From the IMG/VR virus record IMGVR_UViG_3300008050_000030: a stretch of 64,000 bases of DNA. One strand, written 5' to 3'. The position numbers were made by a program, and so were the translations under genes. Positions within the stretch are counted from its first letter, which is position 1. Each line of letters begins with the position of its first letter. Below are positions 53,052 to 60,488 of this stretch, piece by piece. The notes under the pieces are model-generated. The model did no database searches. It worked only from the letters and a program-made list of their open reading frames with translations, and was not told the origin of the DNA. Source of the DNA: a virus.

Positions 53052-53893
53052 TTCCCCCCACCAGAAAGGGCCGTCCGGGGGACCGGGCGCAGCCTCCGAA
53101 GCTGCCAGTGAAGATGCCGAAGGACCCGAAGTTCCGGCTGAGCGCGGTCATCCCTCTGCGGGACCGCCCGGCTAAGCACCTCGATGCGGCCTTGGGGTTC
53201 CTGGCAGCGCAGCGCCTGCCCATGGAAGAGGTCATCGTGGTGGACCAAGCCAGCCGGGCCAAGTTCCGGCAACGGTACGCGAAGGTCTGCGCCCGGCGAG
53301 GAAGTCGGAACTTCCCGGTGCGGCATGTGCTGCGCTCGGGCCCACCCAAGTGGAACAAGCCGATGGCGGCGAACTTCGGCATCCGCTCCACGTCGGAGAA
53401 GGCGACTCATGTCCTCAGCATGGACTGCGACATGCTGTTTGCTCCCCACGCGGCGGAGACCTTCCGCAGCCTGTCTCTGGGGAGCGAAACGGATCTTCTC
53501 GTGATCGGGCACCGGCACGACCTGGTGGACCCGGACCGAGTGCTGAAGCAAGCAGCACCCTGGAGCACCCTGGAACGCGCATCGAGGCTCACGGACCGCG
53601 TGGCGCACCCGTGGCACTTCGCGTCGAGGGAGTGGTTCTTCAAGATCCGCGGGTACGATGAGCGGATGTGGGGCAGGGGCGCCATGGATACGGACCTCTC
53701 CGCTCGAGCGGAGAGAGACAACGATGTCACTGTGGTGAGGCTCCGGGAGCAGCAGATCCTGGCGGTACATTACAGCCACGGCAGGCCGCCGTGGGAGCAA
53801 ACACGCAAGAAGCCCGAGACGATCCTGAACCGCCGCCTGAGGAACACCGACGAGTCGATCGTGCGCAACGACGAGACGTGGGGGACGACGTGA
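53048..53893 (+). CDS. family 2 glycosyltransferase (second copy)
   Basis: LSAVIPLRDRPAKHLDAALGFLAAQ; RGYDERMWGRGAMDTDL. Confidence 0.7.
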   Translation: MIPPTRKGRPGDRAQPPKLPVKMPKDPKFRLSAVIPLRDRPAKHLDAALGFLAAQRLPMEEVIVVDQASRAKFRQRYAKVCARRGSRNFPVRHVLRSGPPKWNKPMAANFGIRSTSEKATHVLSMDCDMLFAPHAAETFRSLSLGSETDLLVIGHRHDLVDPDRVLKQAAPWSTLERASRLTDRVAHPWHFASREWFFKIRGYDERMWGRGAMDTDLSARAERDNDVTVVRLREQQILAVHYSHGRPPWEQTRKKPETILNRRLRNTDESIVRNDETWGTT

Positions 53894-54051
53894 GCTGCAA
53901 CTGCAGGAAGAAGCGCGAGCGGAAGAAAGCGCCGAAGAGTGCCCGCAAGAGCACGACTCGTGTAGTGTACACACAGCGTGGCGTACATCGCAGAAGTCGG
54001 GGCGCCAACGAGCAGGTCGACCAGAAGGTGAGGCGGATCGGTGAGCAGTAA
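53890..54051 (+). CDS. possible basic small protein
   Basis: GTGA overlap; K/R-rich. Confidence 0.4.
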   Translation: MSCNCRKKRERKKAPKSARKSTTRVVYTQRGVHRRSRGANEQVDQKVRRIGEQ

Positions 54052-54061
54052 GGATGCACGG

Positions 54062-54229
54062 ATGCAGATCCGCCTTCCTGAGGATCTGAAGCAGTTCGCC
54101 ATCGAAGAGGCCGCCGAGGACGCCCAGGCAGGGGGCAACGTCTCGAAGCTGCTGAGAGGCATGCTCGAGGCCCGGCGGGAAGAGAAGCGGGCGAGGACGC
54201 TCGAAGGGATCAAGACGCATGAGTTCTGA
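54062..54229 (+). CDS. ribbon-helix-helix (CopG/Arc-like) protein
   Basis: MQIRLPEDLKQFAIEEAA...NVSKLLRGMLE; AAGGA SD. Confidence 0.55.
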   Translation: MQIRLPEDLKQFAIEEAAEDAQAGGNVSKLLRGMLEARREEKRARTLEGIKTHEF

Positions 54230-54899
54230 GCAAGTCGAGCGCGCTCACCGCCTGCAGCGGACGGATCCCGCCGGCATGGCCCGGCAGCTGCGCGAGCAGC
54301 TGGAGCAGGGCGGGGTGTCGGCCGCGGTCCTCAACATCGAGGAGCGGGTTCTCCTGGTGGTCCGCTCCGCTCAGGCGCAGCAGCAGATCGACCTCCGTGA
54401 GGAGGAGCAGATCGTCGCGGCGTCCCTGGACCCCCTGGATCGCGCCCAGGAGAACCTCACGGAGTTGAACGTCCGCGGCCTCTCGCTGCGCGGCGCTCTC
54501 TTCGAGGCCGCCGACGCTGCCGCTCAGGAGGGCGGGACGGTGGTGGCCTGGGTCTGCGGCGATCCCGCCGCAGTGGCCGAGCGCCTGGGCCGCAGAGCCC
54601 CGCGCATGCAGAACCAGCACCTGTTCCTCTTGCAGGCCCCCTTGCGGCACTCCTCGCGCCTCGACACGGCCGACCTCGTGGCGTGCGTCGGTCCGTCGCT
54701 CGATGACCCCAGCGAAGTGCTGGGTGGCATCCTCATCCACCTGGAGGACACGGCCTCCGAGGGAGCTCGACGTGAAGATTCTCCAGGTCCTGATCGAGAG
54801 CTCTCTGGTTCCCCAGCAGGCGGTCGGCCTCCTCGTGAAGCAGGGACTGCTGGATCAGGCGGAGGCCGACCGCTTTGGGCGGGCCCCGCTCCCAGTTGA
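54219..54899 (+). CDS. hypothetical protein; last 130 nt overlap the next gene with junk-like translation
   Basis: ATG overlaps the RHH gene stop. Confidence 0.5.
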   Translation: MSSEQVERAHRLQRTDPAGMARQLREQLEQGGVSAAVLNIEERVLLVVRSAQAQQQIDLREEEQIVAASLDPLDRAQENLTELNVRGLSLRGALFEAADAAAQEGGTVVAWVCGDPAAVAERLGRRAPRMQNQHLFLLQAPLRHSSRLDTADLVACVGPSLDDPSEVLGGILIHLEDTASEGARREDSPGPDRELSGSPAGGRPPREAGTAGSGGGRPLWAGPAPS

Positions 54900-55224
54900 C
54901 AACGAGGGGCTCCGCGAGCTCGCAGAACGAGTAGAGGAGGCTCTCGCGGATGCCCCCGAGGCAGAGACGTTCGACGACATCACTCGCGGGGCGGATGTCC
55001 TGGTCCGCGGCCAGTTCGATGCCCACGAGTCCCTGGCCGGCAAGGTGTGCGGCCAGGTCCTCTACCTCCGGCTCCCGCCGGACGTGGACGAGGACAGCCT
55101 GTTCCTCCTGCTCCCGGAAGAGATCGAGATCGTGGCGTGGGGAGGCAGCACGGTCGGCGTGCAGTACCGCTCCCCCGAGGTGGTGCAACACCGCGGCCAG
55201 CGCTGGCTGCGAGCGGAGCTGTAG
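54770..55224 (+). CDS. hypothetical acidic protein (151 aa)
   Basis: GTG after GAGGGAGCTCGAC; high GC3. Confidence 0.55.
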
Positions 55225-55227
55225 GTG

Positions 55228-55743
55228 ATGTCCTTCGCGAAGAGGCTGGAGAAGGCCCTCCTGAACACCGGGACGGTGTCGTCCATCTGGAGCTGCGTAG
55301 GCACCCAGGACGAGGCGACGGCGCTGTGCCGTGCCAACGGAGCAACCCGACAGGAGAAGGAGCGGACCATGGAGGCCCTGGCCCGCCTCGTCGCGCCGGC
55401 CGGCGTCTTCGTCGCCAAGCAGTTCATCTGCAAGGAGGGCGCCTTCGGGTACACCTGGAACGTGTCCGTCTTCGACGAGGAGCACCTCCGCATCCTGGAG
55501 GAGGTGCACCTGGCCCCTCCTACGCCCCCGCCTGCCCGGAAGGAGCCGACGGAGGATGACGGCTGGCGGGTAGGCCAGAACGAGGAGGGGGAGGACTACT
55601 ACTTCCGGGACTTTGCACTGCCTCATGCACCCGGCGGAGATCGAAACGCTCCGTCCGATGGTAGAGGTGATGGCCTGCACCCGGCCCCGTTGGGCCACGG
55701 GCGTGGAGCATCGAGAACGAAGAGGAACAGCAGGCGACGATGA
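55228..55743 (+). CDS. hypothetical protein; GC3 decays in the last 40 codons
   Basis: ATG after TAGGTG. Confidence 0.5.
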   Translation: MSFAKRLEKALLNTGTVSSIWSCVGTQDEATALCRANGATRQEKERTMEALARLVAPAGVFVAKQFICKEGAFGYTWNVSVFDEEHLRILEEVHLAPPTPPPARKEPTEDDGWRVGQNEEGEDYYFRDFALPHAPGGDRNAPSDGRGDGLHPAPLGHGRGASRTKRNSRRR

Positions 55744-56540
55744 CGAACGATCTGAAGCGGCGGGAGGAGTACTCCCCCGGCACCATCAAGAAGCACCACG
55801 ACCTGCACCAGAGCCGTGAGGGTGCGCAGCACCCGGACGCGAAGCTGGCCCAGGGCGAGGTGGACCCGGGCCTCGTGGAGGACTTGAAGCAGTTCGTGGT
55901 CGAGACCGCGCTCGAGCGCGAGAAGAAGGCCCGCTACAAGATCGAGGTCACCTTCAGCTCCGGCCGCACCCCGAACGGCTTCCCGAACGGCAACGCCGCA
56001 GTCATCTGCATCTACTCCAGCGGATCACGGCTGCACGGAGGCGGGGACGAGCTCGCTCTGTGGTGCGAGCAGCGGGATCCCGGGGCAGGGAAGCTGGCCC
56101 AGTTCGACCCCTCCAAGCTGAAGCCGGTCCGCAGGAACGAGCGGCTCGGGTGCGGGAAGGTCATCCACCCCGACTCCGTCATCACCAAGAACGTGCCGAG
56201 CGGCAAGGGAGGCATGGTCAGCAAGCGGATCGCCATCTGCCCCCACTGCCAGCGATCCTGGGACGTGCGGTACCTCACCGAGGAGATCTACGGTCGGTGG
56301 ACCACGCCTCGGCTGGCCATGCTGCTGTCGAAGCTGTGGCGCCGTGCGGGAGCCAACGCGGACATCTACGTGAAGTACCATCACACGGACATCAGGTACC
56401 AGATGATGGAGAAGGAGCACGGCACCGCTACGGCCAGGAGGCTGCGCGGGGCAGTGATCTACCCGTTGCAGCGCATCCTGGCCGACACCGCCACTGGAGC
56501 AGCTCTGGAGGCGCGTTTCCGCGCGCTTCTCTCGAGCTAA
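55740..56540 (+). CDS. hypothetical His/Cys-containing protein (266 aa)
   Basis: ATGA overlap; CPHCQRSWD. Confidence 0.65.
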   Translation: MTNDLKRREEYSPGTIKKHHDLHQSREGAQHPDAKLAQGEVDPGLVEDLKQFVVETALEREKKARYKIEVTFSSGRTPNGFPNGNAAVICIYSSGSRLHGGGDELALWCEQRDPGAGKLAQFDPSKLKPVRRNERLGCGKVIHPDSVITKNVPSGKGGMVSKRIAICPHCQRSWDVRYLTEEIYGRWTTPRLAMLLSKLWRRAGANADIYVKYHHTDIRYQMMEKEHGTATARRLRGAVIYPLQRILADTATGAALEARFRALLSS

Positions 56541-56701
56541 GAAGTGGGGCAAAAGCAGGTGCGCGGTCTCTTCATGTTCAGAGGGAACACTCACCAGACC
56601 GCGCGGCCAAGGCCGGGGACCTGCCCCCTGCGGGGGGTCGGCGCCAACCAACCCGCGCGCCTTGACCGCCACCCTTATACCCCGGATCAGCGGAGTTTGC
56701 C

Positions 56702-56935
56702 ATGAAGGCCGCAGAGCTTGTAGAGCAGGTGAAGGGACTGGACGGCCGCATTGCCGTGTGGTCCCATCTCCTCGAGATCGCAGAAGCGTCGCTTCACCAG
56801 GAGGGGCGTGATCTCCCCGCCCAGGTGCGCGACGTCCCCAAGGAGAGCATCACCGAGGTCACGCAGGAGTTGGAGGCGCAGATCGCCGAACTGAAGACTG
56901 CGCGCGACGACCTCCTGGACATGGACGTGAGCTGA
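56702..56935 (+). CDS. small coiled-coil protein
   Basis: GGAGTTTGCCATG; TTGACC / CCCTTATACCCC upstream. Confidence 0.6.
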   Translation: MKAAELVEQVKGLDGRIAVWSHLLEIAEASLHQEGRDLPAQVRDVPKESITEVTQELEAQIAELKTARDDLLDMDVS

Positions 56936-57408
56936 TGGCCAAGGAACCGAAGACGAAGAAGGACCTGATCGCGAGGCTGAAGAAGGAGCTGCACACGTAC
57001 ATCGAGCAGCGGCTCGATGCCTTCCGCAACGCGGTCAACGAGGCCACCGAGGTCAACATGCAGCGCGTGGGTGGGTGGCTCAACCACACCTCCTACGCCC
57101 TCGACTTCCAGGTCGACCGTGTCTCGGCGCTGATCGAGCTGACCACGACCAAGCTCGGCATCGCACCGGAGGAGTTCGAGGCCGAGGTCAAGCGGCAGCG
57201 CGAGCTGCGCCTGGCACGGGTCGAGGAGGTCCGGCAGCAGCAGAAGGCGGCGCAGGAGGCGGCCAAGGAGGCCGCGGAAGCTCCGCCCGAGGAGGAGGCC
57301 GAGCGGCCTCCGACCGAAGAGGAGGTCCTCCTGGCTGCCTCTTCGGAGAAGTTCACGACCGGCCCCGAGGGGGATCATCCTCCCGAGGCGCAGATCTTCG
57401 GAGGCTGA
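56935..57408 (+). CDS. Ala/Glu-rich coiled-coil protein
   Basis: TGATG overlap. Confidence 0.65.
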   Translation: MAKEPKTKKDLIARLKKELHTYIEQRLDAFRNAVNEATEVNMQRVGGWLNHTSYALDFQVDRVSALIELTTTKLGIAPEEFEAEVKRQRELRLARVEEVRQQQKAAQEAAKEAAEAPPEEEAERPPTEEEVLLAASSEKFTTGPEGDHPPEAQIFGG

Positions 57409-57409
57409 G

Positions 57410-57586
57410 ATGGCGAAGCAGAAGACCCAGGTGCGCGGCGTCGAGGTGAAGACCCAGGTGCGCCAAGCCCCCAAGAAGGGGCTCAACAACCTCCGCTGTG
57501 GCTGCGGCGGGGTGCTGCAGCGTGACGGCAAGGGCGCGATGAGGTGCACCAAGTGCCGCACCTCCAAGGTGGAGACCCCTCTGTAG
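57410..57586 (+). CDS. zinc-ribbon peptide (58 aa)
   Basis: GGAGGCTGAGATG; CGCGG...CTKC. Confidence 0.5.
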   Translation: MAKQKTQVRGVEVKTQVRQAPKKGLNNLRCGCGGVLQRDGKGAMRCTKCRTSKVETPL

Positions 57587-57694
57587 ACTGCGGCGGTGTC
57601 GAATCGCCCCCGCCCTGCCCTCGTGTCGTTGATGTGGGTGGCTGCCGCGGTGGGGATGGCGATCGGGGTGCTCCTCCCGACATGCTGAGCTAAG

Positions 57695-57720
57695 AGGAGG
57701 GGCGCCGCGGCGCCCCTCCC
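57695..57720. terminator. GC hairpin between convergent blocks
   Basis: GGAGGGGCGCC-GCG-GCGCCCCTCC preceded by GCTAAG. Confidence 0.6.
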
Positions 57721-57721
57721 G

Positions 57722-58159
57722 TCACCGGCGTTTCCTTCGTCGTCGGCGGGGTTTCTCCTCGGGCGTGACGCCCTTCTCCAGGACCAGCAGCCTCAACAGG
57801 CGCTGGCAGTCCTTCACGCCGAAGCGCGCGATGTGTGCGTCCTCCTTGGTCAGTCCCATGGCGTCCTGCATCCAGCGGTACGCAGCCCCGCGGCTGTAGT
57901 CCCCCGTCTTCCAGAGCTGATCGAAGGCGGAGTGCGCCTTGTTCCTCCAGTGCTTGTCGGCCTGCTGGATGGGAATCCCCAGCGGGACGCCGTCGGGGTG
58001 AGCTCCGATGCCACCGAGGCAGTCGAAGCGCCCGTAGTGCTCGCAGCGGTAGTGGAGCCCGTACATGGATTTGCGCAGCTTGAGCTGCCCCGAGCACTCG
58101 GGCTCGGGGCAGCTCAGAGGGTGCTCCCAGTACGGGACGCCGTCGATCTCAACCAGCAC
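57722..58159 (-). CDS. Cys/His-rich hypothetical protein
   Basis: CPEPEC...CEHYGRFDC; basic tail RRRRRKRR. Confidence 0.65.
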   Translation of the reverse strand: MLVEIDGVPYWEHPLSCPEPECSGQLKLRKSMYGLHYRCEHYGRFDCLGGIGAHPDGVPLGIPIQQADKHWRNKAHSAFDQLWKTGDYSRGAAYRWMQDAMGLTKEDAHIARFGVKDCQRLLRLLVLEKGVTPEEKPRRRRRKRR

Positions 58160-58321
58160 GTCGGGCCTCGGAGACCCTCTTGATCGTCTCGAACTCCTCT
58201 CGGGACACCAGCTGCCGCTCCGCCACGGTCAGGTGGGAGTACTCCCACTTGATGTCCTTGAAGTAGTAGTGGCTGAGCTTCAGCAGCGCGATCAGCGCGG
58301 CCTTCTCGTCGTCGGTCATGG
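58149..58321 (-). CDS. hypothetical small protein
   Basis: AAGGA SD; ATGA-coupled to the ligase. Confidence 0.5.
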
Positions 58322-59797
58322 CAGTCCTTGGAGCTTCGAGTTGACGCACTCCTCCACTTCCTTGTCGTCGCGGAAGGCGACGATGCGGGGGTGGATCATG
58401 GCGTTGGTCTTGCCCCCCTCGGAGACGTAGAAGCGCGTGGAGTACTCCACGCGCACGACCAGGGGGTAGAGGTCAGGGTCGGCCAGGTTGGCTTTGTTCT
58501 CCTTCGTCAGGCCGCCTCCGCAGTCGCAGAGGTAGATCAGGTCGCCATCGTCGGTGAGCTGGTGCAGCGCCACGCTGCCCACCTGCCCCTGGTACTTCCC
58601 CGTGCCCCAGGTGCCGAGGCCCTGGTCCGGCTCCCAGTAGGCGATGCAGTCGTCCTCGTAGACCGGCTTGAGCTTCCCAGTGAACTTGCCCGGCCGGTCC
58701 GGCTTGCCGCGGAAGTTGTAGGCCCGATCGCCGAAGACGCCCTTGGGGTCGACGACCACCCAGCCCTCCCAGCCGTTGTACTGCGCGAGGGCTCGGGCGA
58801 TCTGGTCGAGGTGGACCACCACCTCCTCCTTGCCCCCGCCCTCCATGAGGACGGCCGTCGGGAAGAGGGACCGTCGCTTGGAGTAGCGGAGCTCGCGCCC
58901 CTCCTGACCGGCGGCCCAGATCACCGCGCGGATGCCCTCCTCCCAGACCTGCTTGGGGGTGAGGGTCTGCAGAGGGAGCAGCCACTGCGCGTCCTTGGTG
59001 AGCTCCTCGATGGTCCCCATGCGCTCCGAGAAGGTGCGCGTGGTCCCCACCATCTCCCCGTCCCACGCCCCGATGTCCCAGACGTACATCGAGAGCCAGG
59101 GGTTGCCTCCGGACTGCTGGAGCTGGAGCGCCTTGTTGGTGTAGGACTTGGTGACCTGCTGGACGAAGGCGAAGTCGTCCTTGCCTCCTCGGTCGGCGAC
59201 GAGCTCCCCCAGCAGGATGGAGTTCGGAGGGATGACGCCCTCCCGCAGCATCACGAGGACCTCCTCGTAGAGCATGGGGAAGCGCTCGGCCCAGAGGCGG
59301 TAGCTCTCCCCCTCCGCCTCTCGGTCATGGGTGGGCCGCATCCGACGGCTGTAGATCTCCACGTCGTCGTCGGTGGTGCGGATGACGTGCATCATCCCCT
59401 CGCGCTTCCGCCCGAAGAGCACGCCCTTGCCCAGCAGCACCTTCTTGAGGAGCGTGGCGGACAGCGTGTTGTCCGGCTTGTAGAAGCAGAGGGAGAGCGG
59501 CAACTGCTCGTCGGGGAGCAGGGCGATGGGGGCCGCGTCCTCGCCGTCCTCGAGGTACCCCTTGTACACCTGCAGCATGATCTTTCGGGCGGCCCGGTCC
59601 AGGGCGTAGTCCTCGGCGTCGATCTCGTTGGACTTGCCCACGTTGATGGCGCTGTAGGTGTGGGAGGTCTCCTGCATGGCGCCCCCGAGGACGCCGTGGG
59701 TGGTGGTTTCGGTCGCGCCGTCGACGCGGATGGTCCAGGCCAGCGTGTGCTTGCGGCCCTTCTGTCGGAACTCGCGGGTCTCACCCGTCCAGGCCAT
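58316..59797 (-). CDS. ATP-dependent DNA (or RNA) ligase
   Basis: Motif I KREGMMHVIR...IYSRR; III LLGELV; IV EGWVVVDPKG; V GKLKPV; VI HPRIVAFRDDKEVEE. Confidence 0.75.
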   Translation of the reverse strand: MAWTGETREFRQKGRKHTLAWTIRVDGATETTTHGVLGGAMQETSHTYSAINVGKSNEIDAEDYALDRAARKIMLQVYKGYLEDGEDAAPIALLPDEQLPLSLCFYKPDNTLSATLLKKVLLGKGVLFGRKREGMMHVIRTTDDDVEIYSRRMRPTHDREAEGESYRLWAERFPMLYEEVLVMLREGVIPPNSILLGELVADRGGKDDFAFVQQVTKSYTNKALQLQQSGGNPWLSMYVWDIGAWDGEMVGTTRTFSERMGTIEELTKDAQWLLPLQTLTPKQVWEEGIRAVIWAAGQEGRELRYSKRRSLFPTAVLMEGGGKEEVVVHLDQIARALAQYNGWEGWVVVDPKGVFGDRAYNFRGKPDRPGKFTGKLKPVYEDDCIAYWEPDQGLGTWGTGKYQGQVGSVALHQLTDDGDLIYLCDCGGGLTKENKANLADPDLYPLVVRVEYSTRFYVSEGGKTNAMIHPRIVAFRDDKEVEECVNSKLQGLP

Positions 59798-60404
59798 CGT
59801 CTGCTCCTTCGCTCAGCTTCAGCTGCTTCTGGTTCTCGCACCAGGCGTGGTAGCCCAGGCGGGTGTCGCCGTTGGCGACTTCGTACTGCCAGTCCTTCGA
59901 GGGGTTGGTCGGGTCCTCCTCCCAGTGGCCGGGCGTCTCGGCCTTCAGGCTGTCCTCCTGGTCGCGGATCCAGCTCTGGGTGCCTCCCCAGCGGATGTCG
60001 TCGCGCAGGATGAAGCAGGCCCAGCCCCCGTGCTCCCCCTGGCGGAGCTTGTCGCAGGTGAAGGCGCCCTCGACCCAGAGGTAGGGGTACTCCTCCTCGT
60101 CCAGGCCCGTGAGGATGTGCTGAAGGAGGGTCGCCCCGTCCTCCGAGAGGCCGTATTCGCAGAAGAGGTAGAACTTGCCGCCCTGGGGCTCGAAGTCCAG
60201 TCGCCCGTCGCGGTACTCGTAGGTGAGGCCCAGGGCAATGGCCTTGCGGTCGAGAGCGAGCTGTTCGGTGTTCTCGGGGTCGAGGACCGTGCCGTCGTCG
60301 AAGTCGATCGCGGCGTCGTCGGGGTCCCAGCGAAGGAGGTCCTGTTGGGCCTCGGTCAAGGGGAGGAGAGGGGAAACGGTCCCCTGGGAGTGGTTGTTGG
60401 CCAT
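59781..60404 (-). CDS. hypothetical acidic protein (207 aa)
   Basis: High GC3; coupled downstream to the ligase. Confidence 0.65.
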   Translation of the reverse strand: MANNHSQGTVSPLLPLTEAQQDLLRWDPDDAAIDFDDGTVLDPENTEQLALDRKAIALGLTYEYRDGRLDFEPQGGKFYLFCEYGLSEDGATLLQHILTGLDEEEYPYLWVEGAFTCDKLRQGEHGGWACFILRDDIRWGGTQSWIRDQEDSLKAETPGHWEEDPTNPSKDWQYEVANGDTRLGYHAWCENQKQLKLSEGADDGLDG

Positions 60405-60434
60405 GTCTGCTTGATCCTAAGTTTTCACGCGCAA

Positions 60435-60468
60435 GGGAGCCCCACCAGCTTGTGCTGGTGGGGCTCCC
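60435..60468. terminator. GC hairpin after the MVP-like gene
   Basis: GGGAGCCCCACCAGC-TTGT-GCTGGTGGGGCTCCC preceded by CCTAAG. Confidence 0.55.
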
Positions 60469-60488
60469 GGGTTGTCTGCGGACGAGCT

